64,000 nt of DNA from Nitrososphaeraceae archaeon (GTDB taxonomy: Archaea; Thermoproteota; Nitrososphaeria; Nitrososphaerales; Nitrososphaeraceae): positions 64,001 through 128,000 of the forward strand of contig JBIOZG010000012.1 of NCBI GenBank assembly GCA_044870765.1, written 5' to 3'. Positions within the stretch are counted from its first letter, which is position 1; each line of letters opens with the position of its first letter. The notes under the pieces are model-generated. The model searched no databases. It worked only from the letters and a program-made list of their open reading frames with translations, and was not told the DNA's origin. The position numbers and the translations under genes were made by a program. Below, in pieces: positions 42,789-53,700 of this stretch.

Positions 42789-43924
42789 TCAACTACAAAT
42801 GGTTTTTCTGATTTAAGAATTAACTCTGCTATTTCTGGCCGCATCAAGTGCTTTTCAGGTATCCTGCCAGAATTTACCATTTTCCTCATCATTGTTCCAC
42901 TCAGTTCTTCTTTTGATTCTATTCCATGCGGACATGTTTTTTCATTCGCAAAGAACATACATTTTTTACAAAAATAAAAAGATGGGAAGATTACTGGAGT
43001 AATTCCCAAATCAGGATACTTTTGGAAGATTTCCTGGGCCGCGAATGGTGGGTAATAGTTACCAACACCGGCATGATCCCTTCCTACAATGAAATGTGTG
43101 CAGCCAAAATTTTTCCGCATGATTGCGTGATGTATCGCTTCTCGTGGACCCGCATATCTCATTGATGTATGGATTGTCGAAAATAATACCCTATTTTTCG
43201 GAAAATAGTAATCTATCAATAATTTGTATGCACTTATTATCATATCGTCTGTAAAATCACCTATCTTTTTTTTGCCTATCAACGGATTGAGGAATAACCC
43301 ATCATAAATGTTCAAGGCTGCCTTTTGTAGCATTTCATGGGCTACGTGTGGCACATTTCTTGTTTGAAAACCTACAATGCTTTTCCAACCTCGTTTCGAA
43401 ATTTCTGAACGAGTTTCCGATGGATGCATTCGGAACTTTTGGATATCATCGTACTCTTTCATTTGAAAAACTTCCACCTCTCCACCTACGAGGAATTCTT
43501 TCATTTTAAAGAGTCGGCTCACCCCTGGATGATTGGTATCTGTAGTTCCATAAACCGCATTTGCCATGTCTTGTTTGTTATATTCATAAATTTCGTGTAC
43601 ATGGAGTATGCCAAATTTTTGGCCATCCGAACATAGTATAACATCCCCTAAATCCTCCATTTGCTTTGCAATTTGTTTTTCCGAATCAAGTACAATAGGT
43701 ATAGTCCAAGGAACTCCGCTACTCAATCGTCCTTCTTTAAGTACATTCAGGAAATCTTCCTGGCCAACAAAGCCAACAAGTGGACTAAAGACACCAGTGG
43801 CTATGTTTTCAGCATCATTTCTAATATCGGATGATACTTCAAATGTGGGTAAATCATCAGACTTTTTTTGAGTATATTTATTTATTAATTTACCACCATG
43901 TGGTAAAATTAGATTACCTGTCAA
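42785..43924 (-). CDS. sat: Sulfate adenylyltransferase
   Basis: PHGGKL, FQTRNVPHVAHE, MRYAGPREA, VGRDHAG. Confidence 0.95.
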   Translation of the reverse strand: MTGNLILPHGGKLINKYTQKKSDDLPTFEVSSDIRNDAENIATGVFSPLVGFVGQEDFLNVLKEGRLSSGVPWTIPIVLDSEKQIAKQMEDLGDVILCSDGQKFGILHVHEIYEYNKQDMANAVYGTTDTNHPGVSRLFKMKEFLVGGEVEVFQMKEYDDIQKFRMHPSETRSEISKRGWKSIVGFQTRNVPHVAHEMLQKAALNIYDGLFLNPLIGKKKIGDFTDDMIISAYKLLIDYYFPKNRVLFSTIHTSMRYAGPREAIHHAIMRKNFGCTHFIVGRDHAGVGNYYPPFAAQEIFQKYPDLGITPVIFPSFYFCKKCMFFANEKTCPHGIESKEELSGTMMRKMVNSGRIPEKHLMRPEIAELILKSEKPFVVE

Positions 43925-43930
43925 AAATGC

Positions 43931-44647
43931 TCATTTACCTTCTTTCCAATGCAGACCACATTCTTTGTGAGTGTCATTTTCCCACCACCATCTCCCAGCC
44001 CTAGGATCTTCTCCCTGCATCACAGCTCTTGTGCATGGTTCGCATCCTATACTAGGATATCCTTTATCGTGTAGTTCATTATAAGGAACCTTGTTTTCCT
44101 GGATATACTTCCAAATTTCTTCATTCGTCCAATCTGCCAATGGATTTAACTTAATGATTTTGTTGTTCAATGTATCAATTTCAATCTTTGATATACTGTT
44201 TCTAGTTAACGATTGTTCTCGACGCAGTCCGGTGATCCAACAATCGAATTGTTTAAGAGCTCTTTTTAAGGGTTCAATTTTTCTAATATTGCAACATTGT
44301 TTTCTATTCTCTACGCTCTCGTACATTAGATTCATTCCCTTATTTGCGACCATCTCCTCAACATCACTTGATTTTGGGAAATATACATCAACTTTAATAT
44401 CGTATTTTAGTCTTATTTTGTCAATAAGATCATAAGTTTCTTGATTAAGTCTACCCGTATCGAGGGTAAAGACTCTAGTCAGATTCCTGTTAATATTGCA
44501 CATCATGTCAATTAATACAACATCTTCCGCACCAAAGCTTGATGCAAGCACCATTCTGTCACGGTATTTCTTAAATCCCCATTTTAGGATCTCGTCTGCG
44601 GCTTTTGATTCCATTTCCTTTGCAATATTGTTTATTTCATTTACCAA
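43931..44647 (-). CDS. cysH: APS/PAPS reductase
   Basis: SFGAED, LDTG, CC...CEPC (Fe-S, APS-reductase type), ECGLH. Confidence 0.93.
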   Translation of the reverse strand: MVNEINNIAKEMESKAADEILKWGFKKYRDRMVLASSFGAEDVVLIDMMCNINRNLTRVFTLDTGRLNQETYDLIDKIRLKYDIKVDVYFPKSSDVEEMVANKGMNLMYESVENRKQCCNIRKIEPLKRALKQFDCWITGLRREQSLTRNSISKIEIDTLNNKIIKLNPLADWTNEEIWKYIQENKVPYNELHDKGYPSIGCEPCTRAVMQGEDPRAGRWWWENDTHKECGLHWKEGK

Positions 44648-44842
44648 AGCATTCGGAGCCTCCCCATCATATTGTTTATCTGCACTATTTCTAATTTGAG
44701 AAAAATAGGCTTATAATTATTATTCTTTTTGTCGGTTTAATATAATAAAGTTATCTAACGCAAATATACTCCAGGTGTTTTTATCCATTAGGAAGATTCA
44801 TTATTAGTGTTGTATATGAGTGATATGTGGAGGTTCTAGTTT

Positions 44843-46216
44843 TTGGCTCATGACTTTTGGCAAAGTATATTCAAATATCAGAATTTAGGCTTTGATCCAA
44901 TAGGATGGATATCGAATTGCTCCAACGAAGTTGATAATTTGACACTGGATAAATCATTTGAGAAGATAAAGCACAATTCATGGGCTGACCTGTCGTGGTT
45001 TGATTCATTCCATTATAGTGGAAAAAGTCCAGACATTACACGCAGAATATACAAAGTGAATGAATCGATCACAGAAGATTTGAAAAATAAGATACTAATT
45101 TCATTAATGAGGATTCACAATGAGGTCGCCGAAGATCAGCAAAGTCTTTCCCACCTCTTAGATGATTTTTATGGAAAGAAACCTCCCAAGCATCCGTTAA
45201 GAAGACTTGTAGTGTCAACTACGTCCCAGTACGATTCACAATTTGCAGTGGTTGACTACATTGACACACATAGAGGAAATAAGTTAGGATATACTGCGAT
45301 TAATATCTCATCTGGAAAACTAATTGATCCTGATGAAGAACCAGATTCAATCGTCAATACGTCAATTGCCTTAACTTCAGCTCTTGAAAATCTCCTATTG
45401 CTTGGTTGTACTTCAGGATTTAAGATAATACCAATATATGATGCTCCCGACGAAAGCTTGCTAGACAAAATAAGATCAAACATTGACATGTTTGCGGCAA
45501 AATATGATCTATTACTTGATGATTACAGTTCACTTAAATTAGGAAAACTTTTCTTTGGGGCAACAGCTTATGCTCACTCTACCAAAGAATTGCCAGTAAG
45601 ATACGATCTGATTCAACCGGGCATGGTATTGATTTTGACAAATAAATTTGGATCCTTAACTCCGCTCAGTATTTATACAATAAATCAGATTGGTGAAATG
45701 AACTCAATCCTAGGCAAGCATCAATCAATTGATAAAAATATCAAGGATGAAATAATAAAATCTTTAACTCAACCGCGTTTTTCCTTGGGTAAGATAATTT
45801 CAAAATATTGTCCCGGTTTTGGAAAGGAATTTGATACAAATGCCAATATAGTCGGTGTATATCCGGTTGGTTCAGATGGCATTTTGGCTTTACTCAATTT
45901 GGCCAAAATTTCAAACGCACACATTATAGTAAATGAACTTCCGATAATACATGAGGAATTGGCAAAGTTTGCCACTGACGAATTCCTTGTCTCAAATTCA
46001 ACGGCATCCACCAATGGATGTCATCTTATAATTTCAAGCGAAGACCTCGCGCCGATAATTATGGAGGATTTGAAAAAACATAACTTTGAGCCGCAGATAA
46101 TTGGATTTGTAAATGATAAGGAAAAACCGATGGTTACCATTAATAATAATATAAATAAGTATGTGGCAGCGAAACACATCACGTCTCTATTCAATATTTC
46201 AACACAGATAGCTTAA
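44843..46216 (+). CDS. SelD/AIR-synthase-related protein (SelD-like, sulfur-associated)
   Basis: N-terminal GFDPIGWISNCSNEVD, ALENLLLLGC, IPIYDAP, TASTNG; PurM-like C-domain; divergent from cysH-sat. Confidence 0.65.
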   Translation: MAHDFWQSIFKYQNLGFDPIGWISNCSNEVDNLTLDKSFEKIKHNSWADLSWFDSFHYSGKSPDITRRIYKVNESITEDLKNKILISLMRIHNEVAEDQQSLSHLLDDFYGKKPPKHPLRRLVVSTTSQYDSQFAVVDYIDTHRGNKLGYTAINISSGKLIDPDEEPDSIVNTSIALTSALENLLLLGCTSGFKIIPIYDAPDESLLDKIRSNIDMFAAKYDLLLDDYSSLKLGKLFFGATAYAHSTKELPVRYDLIQPGMVLILTNKFGSLTPLSIYTINQIGEMNSILGKHQSIDKNIKDEIIKSLTQPRFSLGKIISKYCPGFGKEFDTNANIVGVYPVGSDGILALLNLAKISNAHIIVNELPIIHEELAKFATDEFLVSNSTASTNGCHLIISSEDLAPIIMEDLKKHNFEPQIIGFVNDKEKPMVTINNNINKYVAAKHITSLFNISTQIA

Positions 46217-46274
46217 TCCACAAGCAATTAAAAAATTGGAAATATTTTATTATTTGATAAACCAATAACTATGC

Positions 46275-46736
46275 ATGAGTTCAACAATTGAGGATAACTG
46301 CATTTTCTGTAAGATTGCTCAAAAGAAAATAGATGTGAAAATAATAGACGAAAATGAAAAAGCAATTGCATTTCTTGATGCCTTTCCATTGACTTCCGGA
46401 CACACCCTGGTCATTCCAAAAAGACATTATGAAAAATTACAAGAAGTTGAATTTGATCAGGTTACGCCTTTGTTTAGTTTGGTACATAAATTAACGGCTT
46501 ACGTCGAAAGGGGAACAGATGCGCAAAGTACTCTAATAGCTATTCATAATGGTAAAGATGCAGGACAGGAAATACCACACTTACATGTGCATATTGTACC
46601 AAGAAAACATGGTGACGGAGGCGGCTCAATTCATTCCATGTTTCATTCGAGTCACAGATTAGACGACAATGAAATGAGCAAAGTGTTTGGGGACATACGA
46701 GCAGGTATTGCTGGCGAAGAGGTCAAGGGCCATTGA
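46275..46736 (+). CDS. HIT family protein
   Basis: CIFCKI, GHTLVIPK, HLHVHIVPR. Confidence 0.93.
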   Translation: MSSTIEDNCIFCKIAQKKIDVKIIDENEKAIAFLDAFPLTSGHTLVIPKRHYEKLQEVEFDQVTPLFSLVHKLTAYVERGTDAQSTLIAIHNGKDAGQEIPHLHVHIVPRKHGDGGGSIHSMFHSSHRLDDNEMSKVFGDIRAGIAGEEVKGH

Positions 46737-46740
46737 GCAT

Positions 46741-47433
46741 CTAGTTTTGTTTAATTGCTGAAATTGTGTCCGGAAGTTCAGACAATTTATTCAAAGTGAG
46801 TGTAGGTAGCTCATTTTGATTTCTAGGAACTTGTATATTGAATGGAGAGTGAGATAACAGAATGGTAATAATTTCCAACTTATTTGCCATCTTTATATGA
46901 GTATCTAATCTATCTCCAATTAATATGGCTTCTTTTGAATTAATTTTTAACATGTTTAGAATCAATTTAAAAGTTTTCTTATTGGGATCTCTTGCCATGT
47001 CAGGCAAAATACAACAATCAAAGTACTTGTCCAGATTATAAAATTTCAAAGTTCTTGATATTTTGTTGTCTTGGTTATCAATTAAGAGTAACCTAAAAGT
47101 TTTGGACAGAATTTCTAACGTCGTTTTTGCATCGTCGAAAGGATACAGAAAATGTTTCTGTGCAAATTCTATCGATGGTAGAATATATTTTAGAACAATC
47201 TTTTCGTATCCTACAGGCATCAATGCCTTACTTATTTGTACAACTAATTCCTCAATGCCACCTATTTGCAATTTCCGGTTCCTTATGATATCATTCTTGA
47301 TGGTACAATAATTACGGATATCAATTCTAGATCCTAACTGATTTAATAGGTAGAGTAATCTAGAATCAATGAATGAATAGAAATTTTCTTCATCCATTAA
47401 TGTTCTTCCAACTAGGAAAATAGAATTTATCAC
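46741..47433 (-). CDS. HAD-fold protein with degenerate catalytic motifs
   Basis: IGDRLDTH motif IV-like; motif I reads IFLVGRTLMDE with no nucleophilic Asp. Confidence 0.7.
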   Translation of the reverse strand: MINSIFLVGRTLMDEENFYSFIDSRLLYLLNQLGSRIDIRNYCTIKNDIIRNRKLQIGGIEELVVQISKALMPVGYEKIVLKYILPSIEFAQKHFLYPFDDAKTTLEILSKTFRLLLIDNQDNKISRTLKFYNLDKYFDCCILPDMARDPNKKTFKLILNMLKINSKEAILIGDRLDTHIKMANKLEIITILLSHSPFNIQVPRNQNELPTLTLNKLSELPDTISAIKQN

Positions 47434-47529
47434 TAATATTCACTATTACTATTTGATATTGATGTTAAAGATGTATTGACATTGAAAATGAAGTTCTTAT
47501 TATGGTAATAATACAAGATCGTTTTAGAT

Positions 47530-47985
47530 CTAAGATCCTTTTTTCTTGATTTCAACATAAGATTCTCTAAGCAGGAGAAAAGTAAGTGAAAAAATTGTTA
47601 CTCCAATCGAGAGATGTATTGCAACTATATAAGGATTCAATTTGGTCGATACTACTAAAAATCCCATGACTATCTGTACACTGAGTAATGACGTAAGAAT
47701 TGCAACTATCAGTCTATTTAATTTCCATTTGCTTTTTCTAATAAAAATTAAAGTAATACCTGTAAAAATAGCAGCAATAATAGCCACAAGCCTATGAAAA
47801 TGCTCATAGAAAAATTTATCCTGGGGGTATGCAAACCCATTCGGACACAGGGGCCAATCTGGACACGCAATTCCCTTGTTTAAAGACGAGATATATACAC
47901 CAATTAGCATTGTCGTATAAATTAACCCCATTGATACAAATGGCAAAACTAGGTTCAGAAATTGGCTATTTTTCATATCTGCCAA
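47530..47985 (-). CDS. ctaA: Short (4-TM) CtaA/COX15 heme A synthase
   Basis: CPDWPLC, EHFHR, Q...G, AIHL. Confidence 0.85.
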   Translation of the reverse strand: MADMKNSQFLNLVLPFVSMGLIYTTMLIGVYISSLNKGIACPDWPLCPNGFAYPQDKFFYEHFHRLVAIIAAIFTGITLIFIRKSKWKLNRLIVAILTSLLSVQIVMGFLVVSTKLNPYIVAIHLSIGVTIFSLTFLLLRESYVEIKKKGS

Positions 47986-48073
47986 CTATTTTCTATTAAT
48001 TCCGGTTTACTAAATCTTAGGACTTGATGTGGGAGTAAACAACTAAATTCATTTAAAGTCAAGTAAAATAAAC

Positions 48074-48283
48074 TCATAATAATTCTTCGTCAATTTTTTC
48101 AATTTTGTCAACATAGCTGGTACAATTACATCCCATTATCAAACACTTTCCTACTTCGAATAAGGAGTTTAGTTTGTCTTTGTTCTTTTCTAATTCATGA
48201 GCCACATAAACATGACCGCAGTAAAGGCAATTCACAAATATCGAAATCCAAGTGTCTATTATTAACTTTGTCAGCGATACCAT
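48074..48283 (-). CDS. Small Cys/His-rich (zinc-binding-like) protein
   Basis: CLYCGH...H...C-x4-CNC; start uncertain. Confidence 0.6.
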   Translation of the reverse strand: MVSLTKLIIDTWISIFVNCLYCGHVYVAHELEKNKDKLNSLFEVGKCLIMGCNCTSYVDKIEKIDEELL

Positions 48284-48371
48284 AAAGAGCCGTGATAATT
48301 ATGGAATGTTTTTGTCAGTTCCATTTTTATATAATACGTCAATATTCAAATCACGAATATAGCGATACATA

Positions 48372-49142
48372 ATGAACATTAATGAATTCTTATCAACTCT
48401 GCCAAACTCGGTTATTGCAGGAAACAATGTCAGCTTACCAGATAATGTTATTAAAAGAATGCTAAGACTTGCGAGCCTAAACAAAAATGATGTTTTTTAT
48501 GATCTTGGTTGTGGAAATAGTAATGCTGTCTACATTGCCTCCACTCACTACAAAGTGAAAAAGGCAATAGGTATCGAAAAGAGAAAAAAATCAGTAATTG
48601 AACTAATTAAGAAAACTCGAGATTTAGGAAACGTTAAAGTCATGGTCGATGACATAAGAAGAGTGGATATCTCTGACGGTAATGTGTTCCTTTTTTGGTT
48701 TCACAATGATACTGTCATAAAAAAGATGATACAAAAATTTTCTACAGAGTTAAAAAAAGGCAGCAGAATAATTTCGATTTGGTCCCCCCCAGATATGATT
48801 TTACCGGACAAAGTTGATTTCCCATTTTTTGTATCTCGTACACCATTCAGGTTCGCAAATAGTATAGAAGAACAAATCAAGGCAATCTACGGTCAAAAAT
48901 GTCTCGATTTTACCGCAGCATGGTTGTTGGGAGATAAATACCTGGAAAGTTTGGAAGTTGTTCCAGCTCGGTATAAACGATTTCTGAATATCCTATATTC
49001 GATGATAATCTGGATAAATGCTTGGAATATGAAAGTATCATGTGAAGATGAGATTCCACCTCCTGTCGATTCGTATTTAGGAATACTTCGTACATTTTTC
49101 AGCCTAGACTTGAGTTCATTAATTCAAAATAAAGATAAGTGA
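48372..49142 (+). CDS. SAM-dependent methyltransferase (DOT1/aKMT-like fold)
   Basis: DVFYDLGCG, AIGIE, ELKKGSRIIS. Confidence 0.8.
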   Translation: MNINEFLSTLPNSVIAGNNVSLPDNVIKRMLRLASLNKNDVFYDLGCGNSNAVYIASTHYKVKKAIGIEKRKKSVIELIKKTRDLGNVKVMVDDIRRVDISDGNVFLFWFHNDTVIKKMIQKFSTELKKGSRIISIWSPPDMILPDKVDFPFFVSRTPFRFANSIEEQIKAIYGQKCLDFTAAWLLGDKYLESLEVVPARYKRFLNILYSMIIWINAWNMKVSCEDEIPPPVDSYLGILRTFFSLDLSSLIQNKDK

Positions 49143-49197
49143 TAACTGAAGACACGTTATGCAGTCATTTATTATGTAGTCATTTTTTAATATTTCG

Positions 49198-50163
49198 TTA
49201 CCTGCCAACCCAACCCAATCTTTTGAAATACCAAACCATTACCAGTGAAGGGATTATTGCAATCAAAAGTAAAATTATGAATGAAGTATATGGACCAAGA
49301 AAAACTGGACTTCCTGTGATAAGACCGCCTGGAAGATTAACATTCATACCATAGTAAGCCCCAACTACTGTTGCAGGTATGGAAAGTGTGAATAGGATAG
49401 TAAGAGTTGCTAAAATCTTGTTTGATTTTTCCGTACTTAACATGAAATCTGTATCTTTGAAAATTTCTATAGTTTCTTTTGATTCCTCAAGAACTTCAAG
49501 AACCTTTTCGGTATGATCCTTAACATCATCATAATAATCGGTCAAATCTTCCTCCGAAAATCTTTGCATCTCTTTGCTCAACTCCAATATTACTCTTCTT
49601 AAGGGAACAACTACTCTTCGGAGAGTCGTTATCTCTCTTCGCAATAAAGAAATATCTTTTGCTACTGCGACTTTCTCATCAAATACGAGATCCTCAATAT
49701 CATCCAGATTTCCTTCGAGCTTCATTAATACATGTAATAGATCATCGACCATAAGATCTATAATGCTATGTAATAGATACCCTGATGAAGAACCCATGAA
49801 GGTTTCCTTCTGCCTTTCATTTTCCTTGCAAAGGTTGAACATTTCAGTGATTGGTTTTAGTTCGCCTTGCTGTACGGTAATGAGATAGTTAGGTCCCGCA
49901 AAGATTGCAAGCTGAGTTGAACGTGGAATACTCTTATCCTTATCCACAGTCGGGAAGTGTAAAATTACAAAAATTTGATCCTGATACCTGTCTATTTTTG
50001 GTATTTGTATTTTCGAAAGACAATCCTCAATATTTAGTTCGTGGAAAGGGTATTTACCTTCCAGCATTTTTAATTTTTTTCTAGTGGGTTTTTGAATATC
50101 TATCCATACCAGACTCTTATTAGTAATTGATTCAAGTTGACTAGAATATTCAATATTGGTCAT
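49198..50163 (-). CDS. corA: CorA family Mg2+/Co2+ transporter
   Basis: WIDI, YGMN signature, two C-terminal TM helices. Confidence 0.93.
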   Translation of the reverse strand: MTNIEYSSQLESITNKSLVWIDIQKPTRKKLKMLEGKYPFHELNIEDCLSKIQIPKIDRYQDQIFVILHFPTVDKDKSIPRSTQLAIFAGPNYLITVQQGELKPITEMFNLCKENERQKETFMGSSSGYLLHSIIDLMVDDLLHVLMKLEGNLDDIEDLVFDEKVAVAKDISLLRREITTLRRVVVPLRRVILELSKEMQRFSEEDLTDYYDDVKDHTEKVLEVLEESKETIEIFKDTDFMLSTEKSNKILATLTILFTLSIPATVVGAYYGMNVNLPGGLITGSPVFLGPYTSFIILLLIAIIPSLVMVWYFKRLGWVGR

Positions 50164-50276
50164 CTGGCCTCATTCTTGGTTAACTTTAAAGTTGAAATAT
50201 TGTATATTAAGATATCTGATTAATTTCGCGATTTCGACAAATTAGGTTAAAATAATGCATGATAATGCATGTTTAT

Positions 50277-50585
50277 ATGGCAAAAGTAGTTGTCGGAAAA
50301 ACTGAAGATATTCAAGAAGGAAAATTGGAGCATATAACGGCTGGTGGAAAAGAAATAATGGTAACGAAATTGGATGGAAATTATTACGCAATTGATAATA
50401 TTTGTACTCACGCAGGAGCAGAACTTCATGAAGGTGAATTAAAAAACAATGAATTAACGTGTCCGTGGCATGGAGCAAAATGGGATGTCAAGACTGGAGC
50501 ATTAATCTCATTTCCACAAAAATTAAAACCACTACAAAGTCACAAAGTCTTGGTAGAAAATGATACCTTGTATGTTGAAACATAA
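50277..50585 (+). CDS. Rieske-type [2Fe-2S] ferredoxin
   Basis: CTH...CPWH; ATG 50277 (ORF track starts 50259). Confidence 0.9.
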   Translation: MAKVVVGKTEDIQEGKLEHITAGGKEIMVTKLDGNYYAIDNICTHAGAELHEGELKNNELTCPWHGAKWDVKTGALISFPQKLKPLQSHKVLVENDTLYVET

Positions 50586-51075
50586 ACTTCAACAGTAGAA
50601 GTAGCAAGTTACTATTATTTTTTAGCGAATTAACTAATGTGTAAGTAACAAAATTGATTGATCCTTTACTAAATTGGAATACAGTAGTATTTTTAAATTA
50701 GTGATTTTTAACAGATTCAATTTATCGTATTTTTCATAATTGTTCCGTTTTGAAGAACATTATTAATTTGCCATCAGACAATCTTTTTTCGAACACTGAA
50801 AGCTGTAATTTGATGAAATTCTAAATAATTGTACGACGAGTACTGATTTTAACCAAATTTACCAAATTTACGGAACTTACAAACGCACAATTTCTAAAGA
50901 AAGTTTAATGACCATAGTAGGCAATCTACACATATGGTGACTTTTACCTCGTATTTCCAAATATTCTTACCGGTTCGATGTAGCGCTTGTCAATTTAGTT
51001 TGATTATAATATTTGCAGATAAAATTATTGATTTATATAGAATTGCAATAAATATGGCATAACTGAATTAAAGAT

Positions 51076-52266
51076 ATGAAGCTTGATGTCCCGAGATTCA
51101 CAGAAAGATTCGGATCAGTAAGTCTACATGGAGTGCAACGTGTATACGAACTGGATTCTGGACACAAGAACAAGCATCCAAAGACCGAATCTGAAGTAAT
51201 TCGCTCTATTGATGATGAAATAATATCTAAAATTGAATCTGAAATGGCGATTGTCATTCCTATAAAAGGAGAACGTTTAAAGCTCTTAGAAGGAGTACTA
51301 AGCGGCATCCCCCATGATTGCTTAACAATAATTGTATCTAATAGTCCTAGAGAACCGATTGACAGGTACAAACTAGAAAAACAGGCAATTGAGCAATTTA
51401 ATAGATTCGCGGAAAAAAAATCAGTTATCATACATCAGAAAGATACGGGTCTTGTAAAGGCTTTAGAAGAAGTCGGCTATACTGATCTTTTTGACTCCGA
51501 AAATAAGATACGTAACGGAAAAGGAGAGGGGATGTTTATTGGCATGCTCCTTTCAAAAATGATGGGAAAAAAATACGTTGGATTCGTAGATTCTGACAAC
51601 TATGTCCCTGGTGCGGTCAACGAATATACAAAAATATTTTCTTCTGGTATTGCGTTATCAACCACACCATACACAATGGTTCGTGTATCTTGGATATACA
51701 AGCCAAAGATTTCGGAGTCTGGTGTACGATTTTCCAAGCTTGGACGAGTTTCTGAAATGACGAATCAATTTCTAAATTTCATGATATCGTATTACACTGG
51801 TTTTGAAACAGAAGTTATTAGAACAGGAAATTCTGGAGAACATTGCATGTCTATTCAACTAGCAGAGCTATTGACTTACTCGTCCGGTTTTTCGATAGAA
51901 CCTTATGAAATAGTTAATTTATTGGAACAATTTGGTGGAATAACGCCTCCTGAACATAAGGATACCATGGAGAAAGGAGTAGAGGTTATGCAAATCGAAA
52001 CACGCAATCCACATTTTCATGAAGAAAAGGGGGACCTGCATATAAAAGAGATGTTCTTACAAGGGTGGGGCAGTATTTTTCATAGCAAGTTATGTCATCC
52101 AGAGCTTCGTGAAAAATTAAAGGCTGAGTTAATTTCAAGAGGAATATTAGAGAAAGTAAAAGAACCTCCACAATTACATAAAATGAGACCGTTCAAGGAT
52201 ATGGACATTCTGAAATTCGAAAAAATTTTGAAGGAACAATCCAATTCTCTTACAATTTTTGAATAA
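51076..52266 (+). CDS. mpgS: Mannosyl-3-phosphoglycerate synthase
   Basis: ERFGSV, LEGVLSGIPH, RNGKGEGM, GFVDSDNYVPGAVNEY, ETRNPHFHE. Confidence 0.92.
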   Translation: MKLDVPRFTERFGSVSLHGVQRVYELDSGHKNKHPKTESEVIRSIDDEIISKIESEMAIVIPIKGERLKLLEGVLSGIPHDCLTIIVSNSPREPIDRYKLEKQAIEQFNRFAEKKSVIIHQKDTGLVKALEEVGYTDLFDSENKIRNGKGEGMFIGMLLSKMMGKKYVGFVDSDNYVPGAVNEYTKIFSSGIALSTTPYTMVRVSWIYKPKISESGVRFSKLGRVSEMTNQFLNFMISYYTGFETEVIRTGNSGEHCMSIQLAELLTYSSGFSIEPYEIVNLLEQFGGITPPEHKDTMEKGVEVMQIETRNPHFHEEKGDLHIKEMFLQGWGSIFHSKLCHPELREKLKAELISRGILEKVKEPPQLHKMRPFKDMDILKFEKILKEQSNSLTIFE

Positions 52267-52324
52267 TTTTTGCCGATGATTTTTCCAGTGTTTTGACGAG
52301 AACATTTCCGTAAACTAGCAAAGT

Positions 52325-53158
52325 CTATTTGTTACCAATGATATCGCACGCTTCCTTGTTTACTATTTTACGTATTATCAAGAGCGGAGTCCCTAACAAA
52401 ATCGGAATGCTTATTGCTATGAATAAACTTTGAAAAGGTGCTAATCCAGAGATAGCGGCACTTGTACCGAACCCTATTAGGAATGAAAATAGACTACCTG
52501 CACAAGTAGGACAACCGATGAATAATCCACTGAATATGCCAAAAGTCGAAACGGCTGAGAATTTTCTTTGAGCCTGATACCTAAACATCCTAAGAAAGTG
52601 TAAATTTAGTGCAAAATTAAAGCCAACCATTGACGATACAGATATTGCGAGTATCAGATTCAGAGGGATTATCAATATCGAAAATGAGTCACTCAGCAAT
52701 AATGTTATCATCGGAACATAGCCAGGATAATTACAACAAACTGTGATAGAAATAGATGGAACAACATCACCTTCAATATCTTCATGATAGATGAGAATTT
52801 GAGACAAGAAACCAAAGAAAATCCCGTAAACAACAGAAGAAATAACAAAAATTCTCCAGTAAGTCTTGTCTGTCAAAATCCTAGAAATGTATGCAAGATA
52901 GCTCTTATTTGATTCGGACTTTATGGATTCAGAATGAAGTGCCAAATGTAATCCATAACCAATGGCAATTAACGAAACCAATATCAAGAAAATATCGGCG
53001 ATAGCCAAGTTGTATAGTCTTGAAACGTCCGCTGACGATTGATTTGAACTTAATAATGAGTATATTGAGATAGCGAAAATTATTGAAAATACGCCGATTG
53101 TAATAATTCGAAAGCCTCTATTGTGAAGCAACTGGTAATTATCGAGCATGGCAAACAA
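52325..53158 (-). CDS. Hypothetical polytopic membrane protein with CC and GCPTC motifs
   Basis: About 6 TM helices; VCCNYPG and GCPTCAG. Confidence 0.75.
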   Translation of the reverse strand: MFAMLDNYQLLHNRGFRIITIGVFSIIFAISIYSLLSSNQSSADVSRLYNLAIADIFLILVSLIAIGYGLHLALHSESIKSESNKSYLAYISRILTDKTYWRIFVISSVVYGIFFGFLSQILIYHEDIEGDVVPSISITVCCNYPGYVPMITLLLSDSFSILIIPLNLILAISVSSMVGFNFALNLHFLRMFRYQAQRKFSAVSTFGIFSGLFIGCPTCAGSLFSFLIGFGTSAAISGLAPFQSLFIAISIPILLGTPLLIIRKIVNKEACDIIGNK

Positions 53159-53265
53159 CCAAGTGTAAATTAAGTTATCAAAAGGAATCCAATCTATATT
53201 AAGTTAATTCAAACCAAGATTAGGTTTTGGATAAAGTCTAAATTTACCGCCGTATAAAAAAAGAC

Positions 53266-53691
53266 ATGGACGAAACTTTCACAAGTGATGGTTTTATTAC
53301 AGCGTCGATAAGCTTTGTTGGTTTCGTTGATAAACTCGGCCTTGAAGGACTTTTGACTTTGAAATCAGATGATGGAAGAGAATTTCCAATACGTGCGTTT
53401 TCAGGAGAAGTCGCAAGGCATATTCTAAGATTTAAAGAAGGAGACAAGAGTACTATACCCACAATCTATAACCTTATTGAAGATATATCATCCCTTCAGG
53501 ATCTATTACTGATAGAGATAAGAATATACAGAAACGGTCCTGTTTTAAGATCTAATCTTTATTTCAAAACTCGTAAGGAGGTAATCACATTAAGAAATTA
53601 CCGTGCGTCAGATTCTATAGCATTAGCTGCATTTTTTGATGTACCAATAAAAGTAAGAAAAAATCTGTTTGAAGAAACTATCGAACAGTAA
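53266..53691 (+). CDS. Bifunctional nuclease family (DUF151-like) protein
   Basis: FPI...PTIY...RASDSIALA...PIKV. Confidence 0.75.
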   Translation: MDETFTSDGFITASISFVGFVDKLGLEGLLTLKSDDGREFPIRAFSGEVARHILRFKEGDKSTIPTIYNLIEDISSLQDLLLIEIRIYRNGPVLRSNLYFKTRKEVITLRNYRASDSIALAAFFDVPIKVRKNLFEETIEQ

Positions 53692-53700
53692 ATTGCTAAA

